Shown in pieces: positions 1-10,742 of a stretch of DNA of 64,000 nt. Below the pieces are notes generated by a model. That model saw only the letters and a program-made list of their open reading frames with translations. It ran no database searches and had not been told where the DNA came from. Position 1 is the first letter of the stretch; the number at the start of each line of letters is the position of its first letter. The stretch lies in NCBI GenBank assembly GCA_965202625.1, contig CBDBBI010000010.1, positions 1,152,001-1,216,000 on the forward strand. The letters run 5' to 3'. The position numbers and the translations under genes are program-made. The stretch is from a bacterium (GTDB taxonomy: Bacteria > UBA8248).

Positions 1-1214
1 CCCGCCAACGTTTCATCGCCAGAATGAAGAGAATTGATTCGCCTTATCTCAAGAGGGTCCATTCCCATCGCGCGCGCGATGATGTCCATCTGCACTTCCG
101 TGGCGAAATGATATTGAGGACCGCTCGGAGCGCGCACGGGGCCACAAATAGGCCCGTTGGTATACACCGTGCACGCACGAATTCTGACGTTCGGAATGCG
201 ATAGGAGGATGAGCCCATCAACATCTTGCTGCTGCATTGAAACGGCGCACCTCGCCCATACGCTCCGTGATCCATTGTGACGTCAAGTTCCCGGGCCACG
301 AGCGTTCCGTCGTTCTTCACGGCCGTGCGTATGGTGATGAAATGCGGATGCCTTGGATTTACGCCGACGTGATCCTCTTCTCGGGTCATCTCCATGCGCA
401 CGACCCGGTCCGTCTTCAAGGCCAGAAGAGCGGCGACGTGCTCATGCACGCTCTTCAGCTTCGCGCCGAAACCACCCCCAATTTCGGTAGGAACAACGCG
501 AACCTGCGTCGTCGGATAGCCAAGCGCCTCGGCTACGTCCGCTCGAATGCTCCACGCATCCTGCGTGGTCGTCCAGATCGTGACTTTCCCGTCCGCACCG
601 GCCTCGGCGACGCACGCATGGGGCTCGATATAGCCAGCATGTACGAACGGCGTGGAAAAAGTATGTTCAAAAACCCTGTCCGCCTCCTCGTATCCGGCGT
701 CGACGTCTCCGATCTCCTTTTCAAACTGGGCGATGACGTTCTTTTGCGCGTTCGGACCCAACCCCAATTCTCGCCAATCCTCATGAACGGCAAGCCCCTC
801 GCCCGCGCGGCTGCGCAAACCGTTCACAACCGGCTCCAAAACTTCATACTCCACGCGAATCAATTCGAGGGCGGCCCGGGCAGCATCCATATCCTCGGCG
901 GCCACGGCAGCCACCGGCTCTCCGCCGTAGCGAACAAAACCATCTTGCGCAAACCAACTCTGATCCTTGATGTTGGCGCCGAATCGAATTCGAGGCGCTT
1001 CGTCTCGCGTCAATACAGCGCGGACGCCGGACACCTTGCGCGCCTCGGCCGCATCCACGCTTTTCACTTTGGCATACGGGTGAGGGCTGCCCAAGACGAG
1101 ACCGATGAGCGCTCGGCTCGACGGGACGTCGGCCGCATATCTTGCGCTTCCAGATACCTTGTCTGGGGCGTCAATTCGGGCGTGCCCCAAGCCCGCCACT
1201 TTATAGTCTGTCAT
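1..1214 (-). CDS. Xanthine dehydrogenase family molybdopterin-binding subunit (N-terminal part; runs off window)
   Basis: Not in the ORF track. Manual translation gives MTDYKVAGLGHARIDAPDKVSGSARYAAD...SPHPYAKV...VRYGGEPVAAVAAE...HAGYIEPHACVA...IGGGFGAK...VRAPSGPQ, typical of XdhA/CoxL-family large subunits. RBS GAGGTG before the ATG at 1214. Confidence 0.9.
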   Translation of the reverse strand, partial: MTDYKVAGLGHARIDAPDKVSGSARYAADVPSSRALIGLVLGSPHPYAKVKSVDAAEARKVSGVRAVLTRDEAPRIRFGANIKDQSWFAQDGFVRYGGEPVAAVAAEDMDAARAALELIRVEYEVLEPVVNGLRSRAGEGLAVHEDWRELGLGPNAQKNVIAQFEKEIGDVDAGYEEADRVFEHTFSTPFVHAGYIEPHACVAEAGADGKVTIWTTTQDAWSIRADVAEALGYPTTQVRVVPTEIGGGFGAKLKSVHEHVAALLALKTDRVVRMEMTREEDHVGVNPRHPHFITIRTAVKNDGTLVARELDVTMDHGAYGRGAPFQCSSKMLMGSSSYRIPNVRIRACTVYTNGPICGPVRAPSGPQYHFATEVQMDIIARAMGMDPLEIRRINSLHSGDETLA

Positions 1215-1423
1215 CGCCACCTCAGAGAGAAATATGGGTGAACGGGCAACTCAAAAACGCAACCAGTGCCCCCTCGTCAAATCCGGTATCGCTCGTCCAA
1301 AATCCTTTCTCAGCCAGCCTATCTTCCACAGTTCGCAGGAGCGTCACCTTTTTTATTCGGAAAGACTTGCATGACCCTTGAATCTATCATCAAGTCGCCT
1401 TTTGCTCCTGCTGATGAATGCCC

Positions 1424-1825
1424 CTATTCGGGAATGTCCGGCGGCTTCGCGCCGTGCGTCGCTCGAATTTTGGTTTTTATATTTCCTCTCACGTTAAAAT
1501 CCCCCTCGATCCAGGCCCATTTCGGCGCACAGACCGCGACCAAGTCATCCAGTATGCTGCTGACCACCTGTTCATGAAAAATTTCCCGATTCCGATAACT
1601 ATTGATGTAGAGCTTCAAAGATTTGAGCTCGACTATTTTATCTCCAGGGATATATTTGACGTGGATATTCGCGAAATCAGGGAAGTTGCTGATGGGACAA
1701 AGACAAGTGAACTCAGGAATCGTAAAATCGACAACATAATCTCGCCGCCCGGAAGGATTCGGAACCGCCTCCAGCCTCGCCTCCGCGATCATTCTCGCGC
1801 CATATTTCATCTCGCCTTGCGACAT
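1424..1825 (-). CDS. queF: NADPH-dependent 7-cyano-7-deazaguanine reductase (preQ1 synthase)
   Basis: EFTCLCP, PDFA, ELKSLKLY QueF motif, FHE, FNVRGNI. Confidence 0.95.
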   Translation of the reverse strand: MSQGEMKYGARMIAEARLEAVPNPSGRRDYVVDFTIPEFTCLCPISNFPDFANIHVKYIPGDKIVELKSLKLYINSYRNREIFHEQVVSSILDDLVAVCAPKWAWIEGDFNVRGNIKTKIRATHGAKPPDIPE

Positions 1826-1830
1826 GGCCG

Positions 1831-2883
1831 CTATGCTCCAGGGGTTAAATTCACCAGTAAAGCCCCATCCTTTCGGGCCACGAACGTATCATGCGCTTCT
1901 TGATATTCCCTGAGCGGAAAATGATGGGTGATATATGGGTCCACCTTCATTCTGCCGGCATGGATGAGCACCAAAACCTCATCCCCGCAATTCGGGTTCG
2001 CTCGAACGCCAAAGACGTCCATTTCCTCAAGCACCACGCGCTTCCACGCCAAATCAGGAATGTTGTCCGGTATGCCGGTGATGGCGACGCGCGCGCCTTT
2101 GCCGCCGCAATCCACGCTCCACTTGAAGCTATCCGTGGTTCCAGCGGTTTCCAGAACCACGTTGGCCTTTCTGCCGCCAGTTATCTCGTCTATCCGTTCG
2201 GGCACGCCGCCCTCCCGGTAGCTGATGACTTCCGCCCCCTGCTCTCCCAGAATATCGAGTCTCCTGCCGCCTCCCACGACGATCACGCGCCCCGCCCCCA
2301 TCGCCTTGGCCGATTCGTAAGCGAAGACGCCGATGGGGCCCGAGCCCAATACCACGACCGTATCGCCGGGGTGGACGCCGGCGCGCTTCGCCGTCCATAA
2401 ACCGCAGGCGGCCGGGTCCACGGCCGATCCGTGCGCGAAAGACATGCCCTCAGGCATCTTATGCAGCGCGCGTATGTTGTTGGCCATATACTCCGCATAC
2501 GCGCCTTGCGTGATATGCCCATACTGCCTATGGCCGGTGATCGCGTTTCCATAATTATAGCAGAGGTTGTAGCGGCCGATAAGACACATGCGACAAGCAC
2601 CGCACCCCGCGTGGCTCGTCCCCGCCACGGCATCGCCCATGTTCAGGCCGAAGCCCCCGGTCATCGGGCCCATGGCGACGATTCTGCCCGCCCATTCATG
2701 CCCCAATATGGCGGGGAGTCGAGGCGGCCAGCGGGGAAGGTGCCCTCCTTTGATGATTTCGACGTCCGTTCCGCAAATCGTGGCGCACTCCACCTTGACG
2801 AGCACTTCTCCTATGCCCGGCTCTGGAACGGGAACAGATTGAATTTCAAGAACTCCTGGCGCGGTCATCACGACCGCCTCCAT
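1831..2883 (-). CDS. Zn-dependent medium-chain alcohol dehydrogenase (threonine/sorbitol DH-like)
   Basis: ICGTD, GHE, structural Zn CGACRMC...C, GSGPIG NAD motif. Start placed at MEAVV after a purine-rich RBS. Confidence 0.9.
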   Translation of the reverse strand: MEAVVMTAPGVLEIQSVPVPEPGIGEVLVKVECATICGTDVEIIKGGHLPRWPPRLPAILGHEWAGRIVAMGPMTGGFGLNMGDAVAGTSHAGCGACRMCLIGRYNLCYNYGNAITGHRQYGHITQGAYAEYMANNIRALHKMPEGMSFAHGSAVDPAACGLWTAKRAGVHPGDTVVVLGSGPIGVFAYESAKAMGAGRVIVVGGGRRLDILGEQGAEVISYREGGVPERIDEITGGRKANVVLETAGTTDSFKWSVDCGGKGARVAITGIPDNIPDLAWKRVVLEEMDVFGVRANPNCGDEVLVLIHAGRMKVDPYITHHFPLREYQEAHDTFVARKDGALLVNLTPGA

Positions 2884-3049
2884 CTTGTCCCCTATCTCCT
2901 CTCCATAGCGCACTTGGAACTGTGAGGACATGAAACGCGCCTCCTCCCTCGTGTATTCACGATACGCCCATTTGAAGAATGAACACCACAGATTCTTGTA
3001 AACCAATTACGAACTTACCCGCAAGCCAACAAGGCTATGGGCCATCGCA

Positions 3050-6000
3050 TCAGACGTTCATTTGTCTTTTCTGCGGCGAATGCGGATTGATCTCTTCTCG
3101 CGTCAACCACTCGCCCATCCATATCCGCCAGCATAAACGACCCACGTCGTTTGCAATCAAAGCCAAAGACGGAACCAGCACAAGGATAATGATCGTGGCG
3201 AAAAGCAACCCGAAACACAGGCTAATCGCCATGGGAATCAAAAATTGCGCTTGAAAACTTTTCTCCAGGAGCATCGGCCCCAACCCCGCTACCGTCGTCA
3301 TCGTGGTGAGAATAATCGCTCGCCATCTTGAAACTCCGGCCAGATGAAGCGCATCTTCAACCGGCATTCCGGCCTTGATGTTTCGGTTCGCGAAATCCAG
3401 CAAAACCAAAGAGTCGTTCACGACAACGCCGGAAAGCGCCAAAATGCCCATCATGCTCAAAATGGAGATGTCAAAACCCATAATCACATGTCCCCATATG
3501 GCACCTACTACTCCAAACGGAATGGCGCTCATAACGACGAGGGGCTGAAAATAACTTCTGAACAACGTGGCTAAAATGGCGAAAATGACGGCCGCCGCAA
3601 GCGCGAAGCCGCGAAAGAGGCTGCTGAACGACTCTCTGGTCTCCTTGGCCTGTCCTTCGAACCGAAGCCTCATACCCGCATAGCGGTTCAAGAGTTTCGG
3701 GAAGTAATTTTCCCGCAGATCGCTTAAAATTTCGGTAGGATTCGCCCGTTTCGAATCAACCTCGGCCGTTACGTTGACCACCCTCTTTCTATCGACCCGC
3801 TTGATCTCGCCCAACCCACGAACGATTCGCACGTCGGCCACTTCATAAAAAGGTATCTCCGCTCCTAACGCCGTTTTGATCCTCACGTTCTCGACGTTTC
3901 CGAGAGCGCGCCTCTCCTCCGCAGGATAACGCAATTTCACCTTCACGTCGTCGCGCCCACGCTGCAAACGCAGCACCTCCAGCCCGAAGAAACGCGCGCG
4001 CAACTGCCGCGCCAAATCGTCCACGTTCACTCCCAGCACCCGGGCCTGGGGCTTGAGAACCGCTCGCAGCTCCAGCTTGCCCGGTCGGAAATCATCCTCC
4101 ACGTCATAGACGCCGGGATATTTTTTCAACTCTTGCCTGAAGTCCAAGGCCGCCCTTCTCATCGCCTGAATATCGCCGCCAGAAAACTCCACATCAATAG
4201 GCTTGCCCCCGGGCGGCTGGTTGCCGCTTGCTCCAAACACAAGGCTCACCACGCCAGGGATATCGCCCGTTCTCTCGCGCCAACGATTGGTGATTTCCTC
4301 CGAGGCAATCCCCCTGTCTTCCGAAGGCAACAATTCCACGATCACCTGCGCGGCATGGCTGCCATCTCCCGAACGTCCACCCTGATCGTTGAGCTGCTCT
4401 CCCAGTACCGTGAACACGTGCCGGATGACGGGCGCGCTCGTTTTCGAGCGAAAATCCCCACCCAGAGTCATGGCTGCTTGCTCAATTTTTTTGGCGGCGC
4501 GCCTCGTTTGCGCAATCGGCGTGCCCTGGGGAAACAGCAGCCTCGCCTGCACCCAATCGGAGTCAAAAGGCGGAAAGAACAAAAATTTCACGTGCCCGCC
4601 CGCGGCCAGTCCTATCGTCATCGCAAAAACGGCCAAGGCGAGAGCAATCACTAAATATCTGGCTTCCAGACAAAACCGCAGAGCGGGCGCATAGAGCCGC
4701 TCAATTATCCCGTTCACCACCTTGTCAATCGCGTTCCTGATGCGTGATGAGAGCCTATTTTCCCTGGGCCGGCGCACCCAATGGGCGAGGTGCGCCGGCA
4801 GAATGAACAACGATTCAACGAGAGAGGCGATCAACGCAGCGATGATGGCGATCGGTAGGATGGCCATGAACTTTCCGGCAGTGCCTTCCATCATCATCAG
4901 GGGGATGAAAGCGACGACTGACGTGGCGACAGTGCCTATTACAGGCAACATCACTTCGGAGCAACCATCAATAGCAGCTTGAACCCGGCTTTTTCCCATT
5001 TCTATATGAGAGAATATGTTCTCGGCCACCACGATGGCGTCGTCCACAAGAAGGCCCAAAACCATGATGAAGGCGAACATGGTGAGCATGTTCAGCGTCC
5101 CGCCAAAGAAATTCAGGAATCCGAGCGACGTCAACAAGGAAACCGGTATCCCCACCACCACCCAAAAAGAAAGGCGACCGTTCAGAAATAACCAAAGAGC
5201 CAAGAAAACCAGCAGAAGCCCGATGCGTCCGTTTCTCAATAGAAGGTCGAGCCGATCCTGAATGAGTCTCGACGAATCCGCCCAATAGACGAGATTCAAC
5301 CCTTCGGGCAACTCCCGCCGTTTCTTTTCCACGTATCGCCCGACTGCCTTGGCGATGTCGATGGCGTCTTCTTCATCGGTCCGAAACACCGTGATGAGCG
5401 CCCCGGGCTTGCCGTTGAATCGTCCCGTTTTGTCGCTGTCCTCAAAGGCATCCACCACGCGAGCGATATCGCCGAGTCTCAAAATCGTCCCGTCTTTTTG
5501 CGCGAGTATCTCGAGTTGCTCGAACTCAAGACCCGTATAACGCTTACCCAGGGTTCTGATCCGGATTCTTCGTTCGGAGGTGCGGATGTCCCCCCCGGAG
5601 AGCTCCAACACGTTTTTGCGAATGATATCCGAAAGCCTCTCAAACGTGAGCCCGTAGCGGCGCAGCGTCTCCTCAGACACCTCGATAGAAATTTCCCAAT
5701 TCTTCACTCCGCCTAGAACGATCTGGGAAACGCCGTAAGCGTCCAACAAATCATCTTTGATCTCCTCGGCTTTGCGCTTGAGAGTCCGCTCCGCAACATC
5801 CCCGAACAAAGAGAGGTAAACGACCTGGTTGATGCGTTTCACTTCCGCGACGATGGGCCGCTCGATATCGGCGGGAAACGTATTGATCCGTTCAATCTCG
5901 CTTTTGATATCCTCCATTGATTTTCGAGAATCTTTCACCCAGGTATGCAGGTCCAACAGCACCGCGCACTGGTACTCATAAGCAGTCGATGCAATCTTCT

Positions 6001-6235
6001 TGACGCCCTCCACGCCCGTGAGAGCCTCCTCGATCTTGATGCAGACGCCCTCTTCCACCTCCTCGGGGCTTGCGCCCTGCCACGTCACACTGACACTTAC
6101 TTTATCGAGAGCGAACTGCGGTATCAGCTCACTCCTGATCTGAAAAACAGCAATCACCCCGATGACGATCATGATCGCCATCAAAAGGTTGGCGAAGACG
6201 GAATTACGGACGATCCAACCAAGAAGTCGCTTCAT
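3050..6235 (-). CDS. RND efflux transporter permease (AcrB family)
   Basis: About 1060 aa with many TM segments, LVDDAIVVAEN and R-AIILTT-TT motifs. ATGA overlap with the upstream MFP stop. Confidence 0.95.
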   Translation of the reverse strand: MKRLLGWIVRNSVFANLLMAIMIVIGVIAVFQIRSELIPQFALDKVSVSVTWQGASPEEVEEGVCIKIEEALTGVEGVKKIASTAYEYQCAVLLDLHTWVKDSRKSMEDIKSEIERINTFPADIERPIVAEVKRINQVVYLSLFGDVAERTLKRKAEEIKDDLLDAYGVSQIVLGGVKNWEISIEVSEETLRRYGLTFERLSDIIRKNVLELSGGDIRTSERRIRIRTLGKRYTGLEFEQLEILAQKDGTILRLGDIARVVDAFEDSDKTGRFNGKPGALITVFRTDEEDAIDIAKAVGRYVEKKRRELPEGLNLVYWADSSRLIQDRLDLLLRNGRIGLLLVFLALWLFLNGRLSFWVVVGIPVSLLTSLGFLNFFGGTLNMLTMFAFIMVLGLLVDDAIVVAENIFSHIEMGKSRVQAAIDGCSEVMLPVIGTVATSVVAFIPLMMMEGTAGKFMAILPIAIIAALIASLVESLFILPAHLAHWVRRPRENRLSSRIRNAIDKVVNGIIERLYAPALRFCLEARYLVIALALAVFAMTIGLAAGGHVKFLFFPPFDSDWVQARLLFPQGTPIAQTRRAAKKIEQAAMTLGGDFRSKTSAPVIRHVFTVLGEQLNDQGGRSGDGSHAAQVIVELLPSEDRGIASEEITNRWRERTGDIPGVVSLVFGASGNQPPGGKPIDVEFSGGDIQAMRRAALDFRQELKKYPGVYDVEDDFRPGKLELRAVLKPQARVLGVNVDDLARQLRARFFGLEVLRLQRGRDDVKVKLRYPAEERRALGNVENVRIKTALGAEIPFYEVADVRIVRGLGEIKRVDRKRVVNVTAEVDSKRANPTEILSDLRENYFPKLLNRYAGMRLRFEGQAKETRESFSSLFRGFALAAAVIFAILATLFRSYFQPLVVMSAIPFGVVGAIWGHVIMGFDISILSMMGILALSGVVVNDSLVLLDFANRNIKAGMPVEDALHLAGVSRWRAIILTTMTTVAGLGPMLLEKSFQAQFLIPMAISLCFGLLFATIIILVLVPSLALIANDVGRLCWRIWMGEWLTREEINPHSPQKRQMNV

Positions 6236-7557
6236 CGTGCGGAGACTCCGGGGGCGTTCGCGTCCCAAGCGCGAAACCTCATGCCGGCGACGGGATCGGG
6301 AATGGCGGAAAGAATGACGAGATCGTTTTCGTTCACTCCATTTTTGAGGACGACCCCATCCTGACTCTTTCTGACGACCTGCACCTTGCGGATCCGCAGT
6401 TTTCCATTTTCGAGCAGATACAGACTATCCTCCGTGCGCAGCGCGGCGCGCGGAATCACATATACGTCGGGCATCGTGACGCCCTTCATCTCCACCTGAA
6501 CGAACATTCCCACCACAAGGGGGGGATGTTCTCCCGGCACCCAGTTTTTCATCGGTTCGGAAATTTCCACCACGAGCGTGAGCGCGCGAGTGGACTCGTC
6601 AAGCCCGGAATCCACCAGAGACACCTGCCCTTCCCATGAGAACCTTCTTCCAAATTGACTCCAATACACCCTGGCGGTGGGGAAAAACCGCTTCACTTCC
6701 TCTTGGCCCCTCGGGAAGGAAACGTCCTGAACACGCCGAAACGCCCATCGCACGTCCTGAACCGGCAAAGAAACCGGAACTTCAAGCGTGGAGACGTCAT
6801 AAATTCTGCCCACGGCTTTGCCCGCGCTGGCGAAATCCCCCACGTCCAAACTCGTCTCTCGCACTCGACCGTCAAAGGGAGCGATAATTTTTGTGCGCGA
6901 GAGTTGCAAAAACGCCCTCTTCAGCGCGGCGCGGTTCACGTCAAGGACAGCGCGCTTTTGTCTGAGCTGGACGGGCAAAAGCGCCAAAGCGTTTTTGATG
7001 GATTGCACCGTCTGCTCCTGGCGGAGAAAGTTTTGCTGAGACTGATCATACTGGTTAGAGGAAATCACGCCTTGTTTCCTCAACTTTCTGTTGCGCCGCA
7101 GTTCCTGGCTCACCACCTTCATGTGCCGCGCGGCGATGTTCAGATCGGCCTGATGGTTTTTCTCCTCCTGACTCAGTCGGGCGATATCCGCCCTCAGTTG
7201 TCCTATTTCCGCTTTACGCTGCTCAACCGCGATTTCATAGTCCGCCGGGTCAATCTGAAACAAGAGCTCTCCTTTTTTGATGAAGCCCCCCGTTCGGAAT
7301 CCGGGTGCGCGGCTGACCACCTGTCCCGAAACTTCGGGCACGATGGAAAACTCCGTTTTTGGCCGCACGGTCCCGAAGCCCTTCACCCGGAACGTCTTGT
7401 CCTGTTTTTTGAGAGACATCGTTCTGACGAGTCTGGACGGCTTGGAAGGGATCGCAATATCGGGTTCGGGTCGATGTTGAATCAACCATCTGGTCCCCCA
7501 CCCTCCGATCGCCAGAACCAAAACGGCGAAAACAATGAAATTTTTTCGGCGAGACAT
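6232..7557 (-). CDS. RND periplasmic adaptor (membrane fusion protein)
   Basis: N-terminal TM, lipoyl halves (PEVSGQV; IIAPFDGRV), long helical hairpin, adjacent to the permease. Confidence 0.92.
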   Translation of the reverse strand: MSRRKNFIVFAVLVLAIGGWGTRWLIQHRPEPDIAIPSKPSRLVRTMSLKKQDKTFRVKGFGTVRPKTEFSIVPEVSGQVVSRAPGFRTGGFIKKGELLFQIDPADYEIAVEQRKAEIGQLRADIARLSQEEKNHQADLNIAARHMKVVSQELRRNRKLRKQGVISSNQYDQSQQNFLRQEQTVQSIKNALALLPVQLRQKRAVLDVNRAALKRAFLQLSRTKIIAPFDGRVRETSLDVGDFASAGKAVGRIYDVSTLEVPVSLPVQDVRWAFRRVQDVSFPRGQEEVKRFFPTARVYWSQFGRRFSWEGQVSLVDSGLDESTRALTLVVEISEPMKNWVPGEHPPLVVGMFVQVEMKGVTMPDVYVIPRAALRTEDSLYLLENGKLRIRKVQVVRKSQDGVVLKNGVNENDLVILSAIPDPVAGMRFRAWDANAPGVSAR

Positions 7558-8197
7558 TTATGATTCTCCGCCCTTTGGGCCTGGGCCGTTCCGAACCGGA
7601 GGGGGCATTCCGTTCATTCTCAATGCGAACGGGTAACATCCAGGCGCAACGTTGAGGGGACTTACAGCCCTATTTTTGTTTCTCGGAGGAGGGGCCGCAT
7701 TTCCAAATGTGGTCGCTATCTGCCGGCCAAGCGGGAGGCCATCGCCCCCGCGAAACCCAGTCCGCATGCGGTCACCTCTCTCGGAAAACCCTGTAAAATC
7801 CCCGTCTCTGGCGAGCATCATGCGCCAGAAACCCTTTATTTTCAAGATAAATGATAACTTCCGCATCCAAAAAGCGAGACGCGCGCGGCCCCATCCGATT
7901 CTGTCGCGGCTTCCAAAAACCCCCTTATTCTCCCCATTTCCCTCCATCCAAACATCGCGCCCGCCCGCCTTTTCATCGAAAAACATCTCGTGAATTTTCA
8001 CTTTATTTCGCGTATTTCACACATACCCTGCGCCGGCGGCTCCGCACCTCACCTATCGGGGATGAGAAAACGCCGCGCGTGCGAAGTGCGGAAAAACGCG
8101 AGGCCGCTTCCCATCGGGCAAGGAGGGACCGAGCGACCTTGAAAAAGAGAAATGGAACGCTGACGAGGGGCTGTTCGCCCGCCTCATCCAAGCGGGC

Positions 8198-8344
8198 TTA
8201 TTGCGCTTTCAGGACTTCCTCTTCGAGCATGTTCGCAATCTTGACGGCCACTTTCGCGTCGGGCCGAGGCAGGGGCAAGTCATACACAGGCTTGATAAAG
8301 CGTTTCAGGAACGCTTCGGCGTTTTGCGTGGAATAAGCCGCTAT
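8198..8344 (-). CDS. Possible 48-aa small protein or gene remnant (ATA start)
   Basis: GGAG RBS then ATA-AAYSTQNAEAFLKRFIKPVYDLPLPRPDAKVAVKIANMLEEEVLKAQ-TAA; coding-like codon usage. Confidence 0.3.
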   Translation of the reverse strand: MAAYSTQNAEAFLKRFIKPVYDLPLPRPDAKVAVKIANMLEEEVLKAQ

Positions 8345-8512
8345 GTTCTCCGGAGACTATCCCCCAGAATATCATCCCAGATATCGTCCGCTATCGTTTC
8401 TGCCTTCCTCCGCCCGCCATTCGCCTGCGGAGCGGGTGAAAAAAAGGCGTCCGCCACAGCAGACATTTACACCTTCCGCAAGTTTTGCGGGAGAGGAGAT
8501 AGAATATCCCCC

Positions 8513-9493
8513 CTACACCCCCACGCCCAGGGCTTTCCTAGCAGCCTCCAAGACGTTGGCTGGGTTGGGGAGCACGAAATCTTCAAGGCGCGGCTCGAAG
8601 GGAATCGGTGCCTCAAGGGCGGCCACGCGGCCGATAGGAGCGTCCAGATAGTCGAACGCTTCCTCCTGAATCGCCGCGGCTATCTCAGAACCCACCCCGC
8701 TTCTGAGATGCCCCTCCTCCACGATGACGCAGCGATTCGTCTTGCGAACCGACTCGGCCAGGGCGGGGGTGTCCAGCGGAGCCAGCGTCCTCGGGTCCAG
8801 GACTTCCGCGCTGATTCCCTCCTCCGCCAGCACGTCCGCCGCCGCCAGACAATTATGCACCTGATAGCCCACGCCCACGAGCGTTATGTCGCCGCCTTCG
8901 CGCTTCACCTCGGCCTGTCCAAACGCGGTGACGTGATCGCCCTCGGGAACGGGGCCCTTTACCTTGTAGAGCATCTTGTGCTCCACCATGAGGACGGGGT
9001 TGTCGTCCTGAACAGCCGCGCGCATGAGGCCTTTCGCGTCGGCGGGGTCGCTGGGAACAGCTACCTTTATCCCAGGAACCTGCATGAACCACGCCTCCAG
9101 ACACTGGCTATGCGTGGGGCCATACTGCACGCCGCCGCCGCCGGGCGTGCGCACGACGAGGGGCACGCTCAGCTGCCCGCCCAGCATGTATCGCAGCTTG
9201 GCCGCCTGGTTGATGAGCGGGTCCATCGCCAGCATAAGGAAGTCCATGAACATGATCTCGACGATGGGGCGATAGCCAGCCATGGCGGCGCCTACGCCGG
9301 CACCCACGATGCCGAGTTCGCTGATGGGGGTGTCGCGCACGCGATCCCGCCCGAATTTCTCCGCCAGCCCCTTCGTGACGCCAAAGACGTAGGCGAGCTC
9401 CACGTCCTCGCCCAGAACGATGACCCGCTCATCGCGCGCCATCTCCTCATGATGCGCCTCGTTGAGCGCGTTCACAAAATTGATCTCTCGCAT
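8513..9493 (-). CDS. 2-oxoacid/acetoin dehydrogenase E1 beta subunit
   Basis: GEDV, DTPISE, EIMFMDF, HSQCLEAW, DPRTLAPLD. Confidence 0.95.
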   Translation of the reverse strand: MREINFVNALNEAHHEEMARDERVIVLGEDVELAYVFGVTKGLAEKFGRDRVRDTPISELGIVGAGVGAAMAGYRPIVEIMFMDFLMLAMDPLINQAAKLRYMLGGQLSVPLVVRTPGGGGVQYGPTHSQCLEAWFMQVPGIKVAVPSDPADAKGLMRAAVQDDNPVLMVEHKMLYKVKGPVPEGDHVTAFGQAEVKREGGDITLVGVGYQVHNCLAAADVLAEEGISAEVLDPRTLAPLDTPALAESVRKTNRCVIVEEGHLRSGVGSEIAAAIQEEAFDYLDAPIGRVAALEAPIPFEPRLEDFVLPNPANVLEAARKALGVGV

Positions 9494-9644
9494 GTCGTCT
9501 CTCCAGGTTTTTTCTTTCCAGCCAGGTAAGTGGCGAGGTATCTTCCGGCATCACATGGCTCCTCCACGCGGGGGGAGACCTCGCCAGGCGCGGGTTCCGC
9601 CTTCCACCGTCCCCGTTTTCTGCGGCACCTTGGCGCCGAAACGG

Positions 9645-10658
9645 CTAAGCGTATACGTCCTCAAGCGCCGATTCAAGGGTGGCGTCCGGGCTTCCCTCGG
9701 CGAACGCGATGGCGCCCGCCAGCTCCTCGTCCACAGCCTTGAGATGCGCTTTTTTCTGCGCGTCCGTGAGTTTGAGCGTCTCCTCGGCAATCGTCAGGGG
9801 ATCGCGCTTGCGCCACTCGTCCACCTCTTCTTTCGTCCGATACGGACCGAACTGGGGGTCACCCCTCGAGTGGCCGAAGAAGCGGTAGGTCTTCGCCTCG
9901 ATCAAACTCGGGCCGCCTCCCTCCCGCGCCCTGCGAACGGCCTCCGCCGTCGCCTCATAGACGGCCACTACGTCCATGCCGTCCACCGTCACTCCAGGCG
10001 CGTCATAGCCCTGCGCCCTCACGCTGATGTCCTTAACGGAAGTAGAACGCTCCACGTGATAGCTCACCGCATAGTGGTTGTTCTCGCAGAAGAAAACCAC
10101 CGGCAACTTCCATATCGCGCACAGGTTCATCGACTCGTGAAAACTTCCCTGGTTCGACGCGCCGTCGCCAAAGAACACCACCACCATGCGGCCCCGCCCT
10201 TCCAACTGATAGGCCAGGCCCATGCCCGTCGCCATGGGCATATTGGCGCCCACGATGGAGTGCGCGCCATAGTGGCCCTTGGAGATGTCGGCGATGTGCA
10301 TGGAGCCTCCGCGCGCCTTGCAAAGACCGGTGGATTTGCCGAGCAGTTCCGCCATCATCTCGGGCATTCGGGTGCCCTTGGCGATGGAATGGCCATGCCC
10401 CCGATGGGTGGTGAGAATGGCGTCATCCTCGTTCAACGCTGCACAGACGCCGACCGAGCACGCCTCCTGCCCAATGCTGACGTGAACCGCCCCCTTCACC
10501 CGTCCAGCCATGAAGAGCTCATCGGTTTTCTCCTCAAAACGGCGAATCCGCAGCATGTTGCGATACATCGCGCCCAAATCCTTTTTCGTCAACCTCTTCG
10601 GCATCGCCGATCTTCTTGTCGCCCTGGGGGACACGGCGCCCTCCTTCTGCGGCGTCAT
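9645..10658 (-). CDS. 2-oxoacid/acetoin dehydrogenase E1 alpha subunit (TPP-dependent)
   Basis: THRGHGH, GGSMH, GDGASNQG...ENN TPP motif, TYRFFGHS. True start may be 10604. Confidence 0.95.
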   Translation of the reverse strand: MTPQKEGAVSPRATRRSAMPKRLTKKDLGAMYRNMLRIRRFEEKTDELFMAGRVKGAVHVSIGQEACSVGVCAALNEDDAILTTHRGHGHSIAKGTRMPEMMAELLGKSTGLCKARGGSMHIADISKGHYGAHSIVGANMPMATGMGLAYQLEGRGRMVVVFFGDGASNQGSFHESMNLCAIWKLPVVFFCENNHYAVSYHVERSTSVKDISVRAQGYDAPGVTVDGMDVVAVYEATAEAVRRAREGGGPSLIEAKTYRFFGHSRGDPQFGPYRTKEEVDEWRKRDPLTIAEETLKLTDAQKKAHLKAVDEELAGAIAFAEGSPDATLESALEDVYA

Positions 10659-10742
10659 CAGAACAGGAGCGCCGCAACGTCAAAACAATGAAAACTTTCG
10701 CTCCGCTAGACTTTTATGACTACCACATGGGGCAATGGCGAT

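Noticed and set aside
237-1241. 334-aa + strand ORF and other long antisense ORFs (8201-9529, 9462-10691, 24857-26296, 37155-38744, 59874-61055)
   Set aside because: Each overlaps a well-supported gene on the other strand; these are GC-rich codon-bias artefacts without motifs.
1250-1423. preQ1 riboswitch or other regulatory RNA linked to queF
   Set aside because: queF starts 5 bp after the upstream gene, so it has no leader, and no recognisable motif was seen in this gap.
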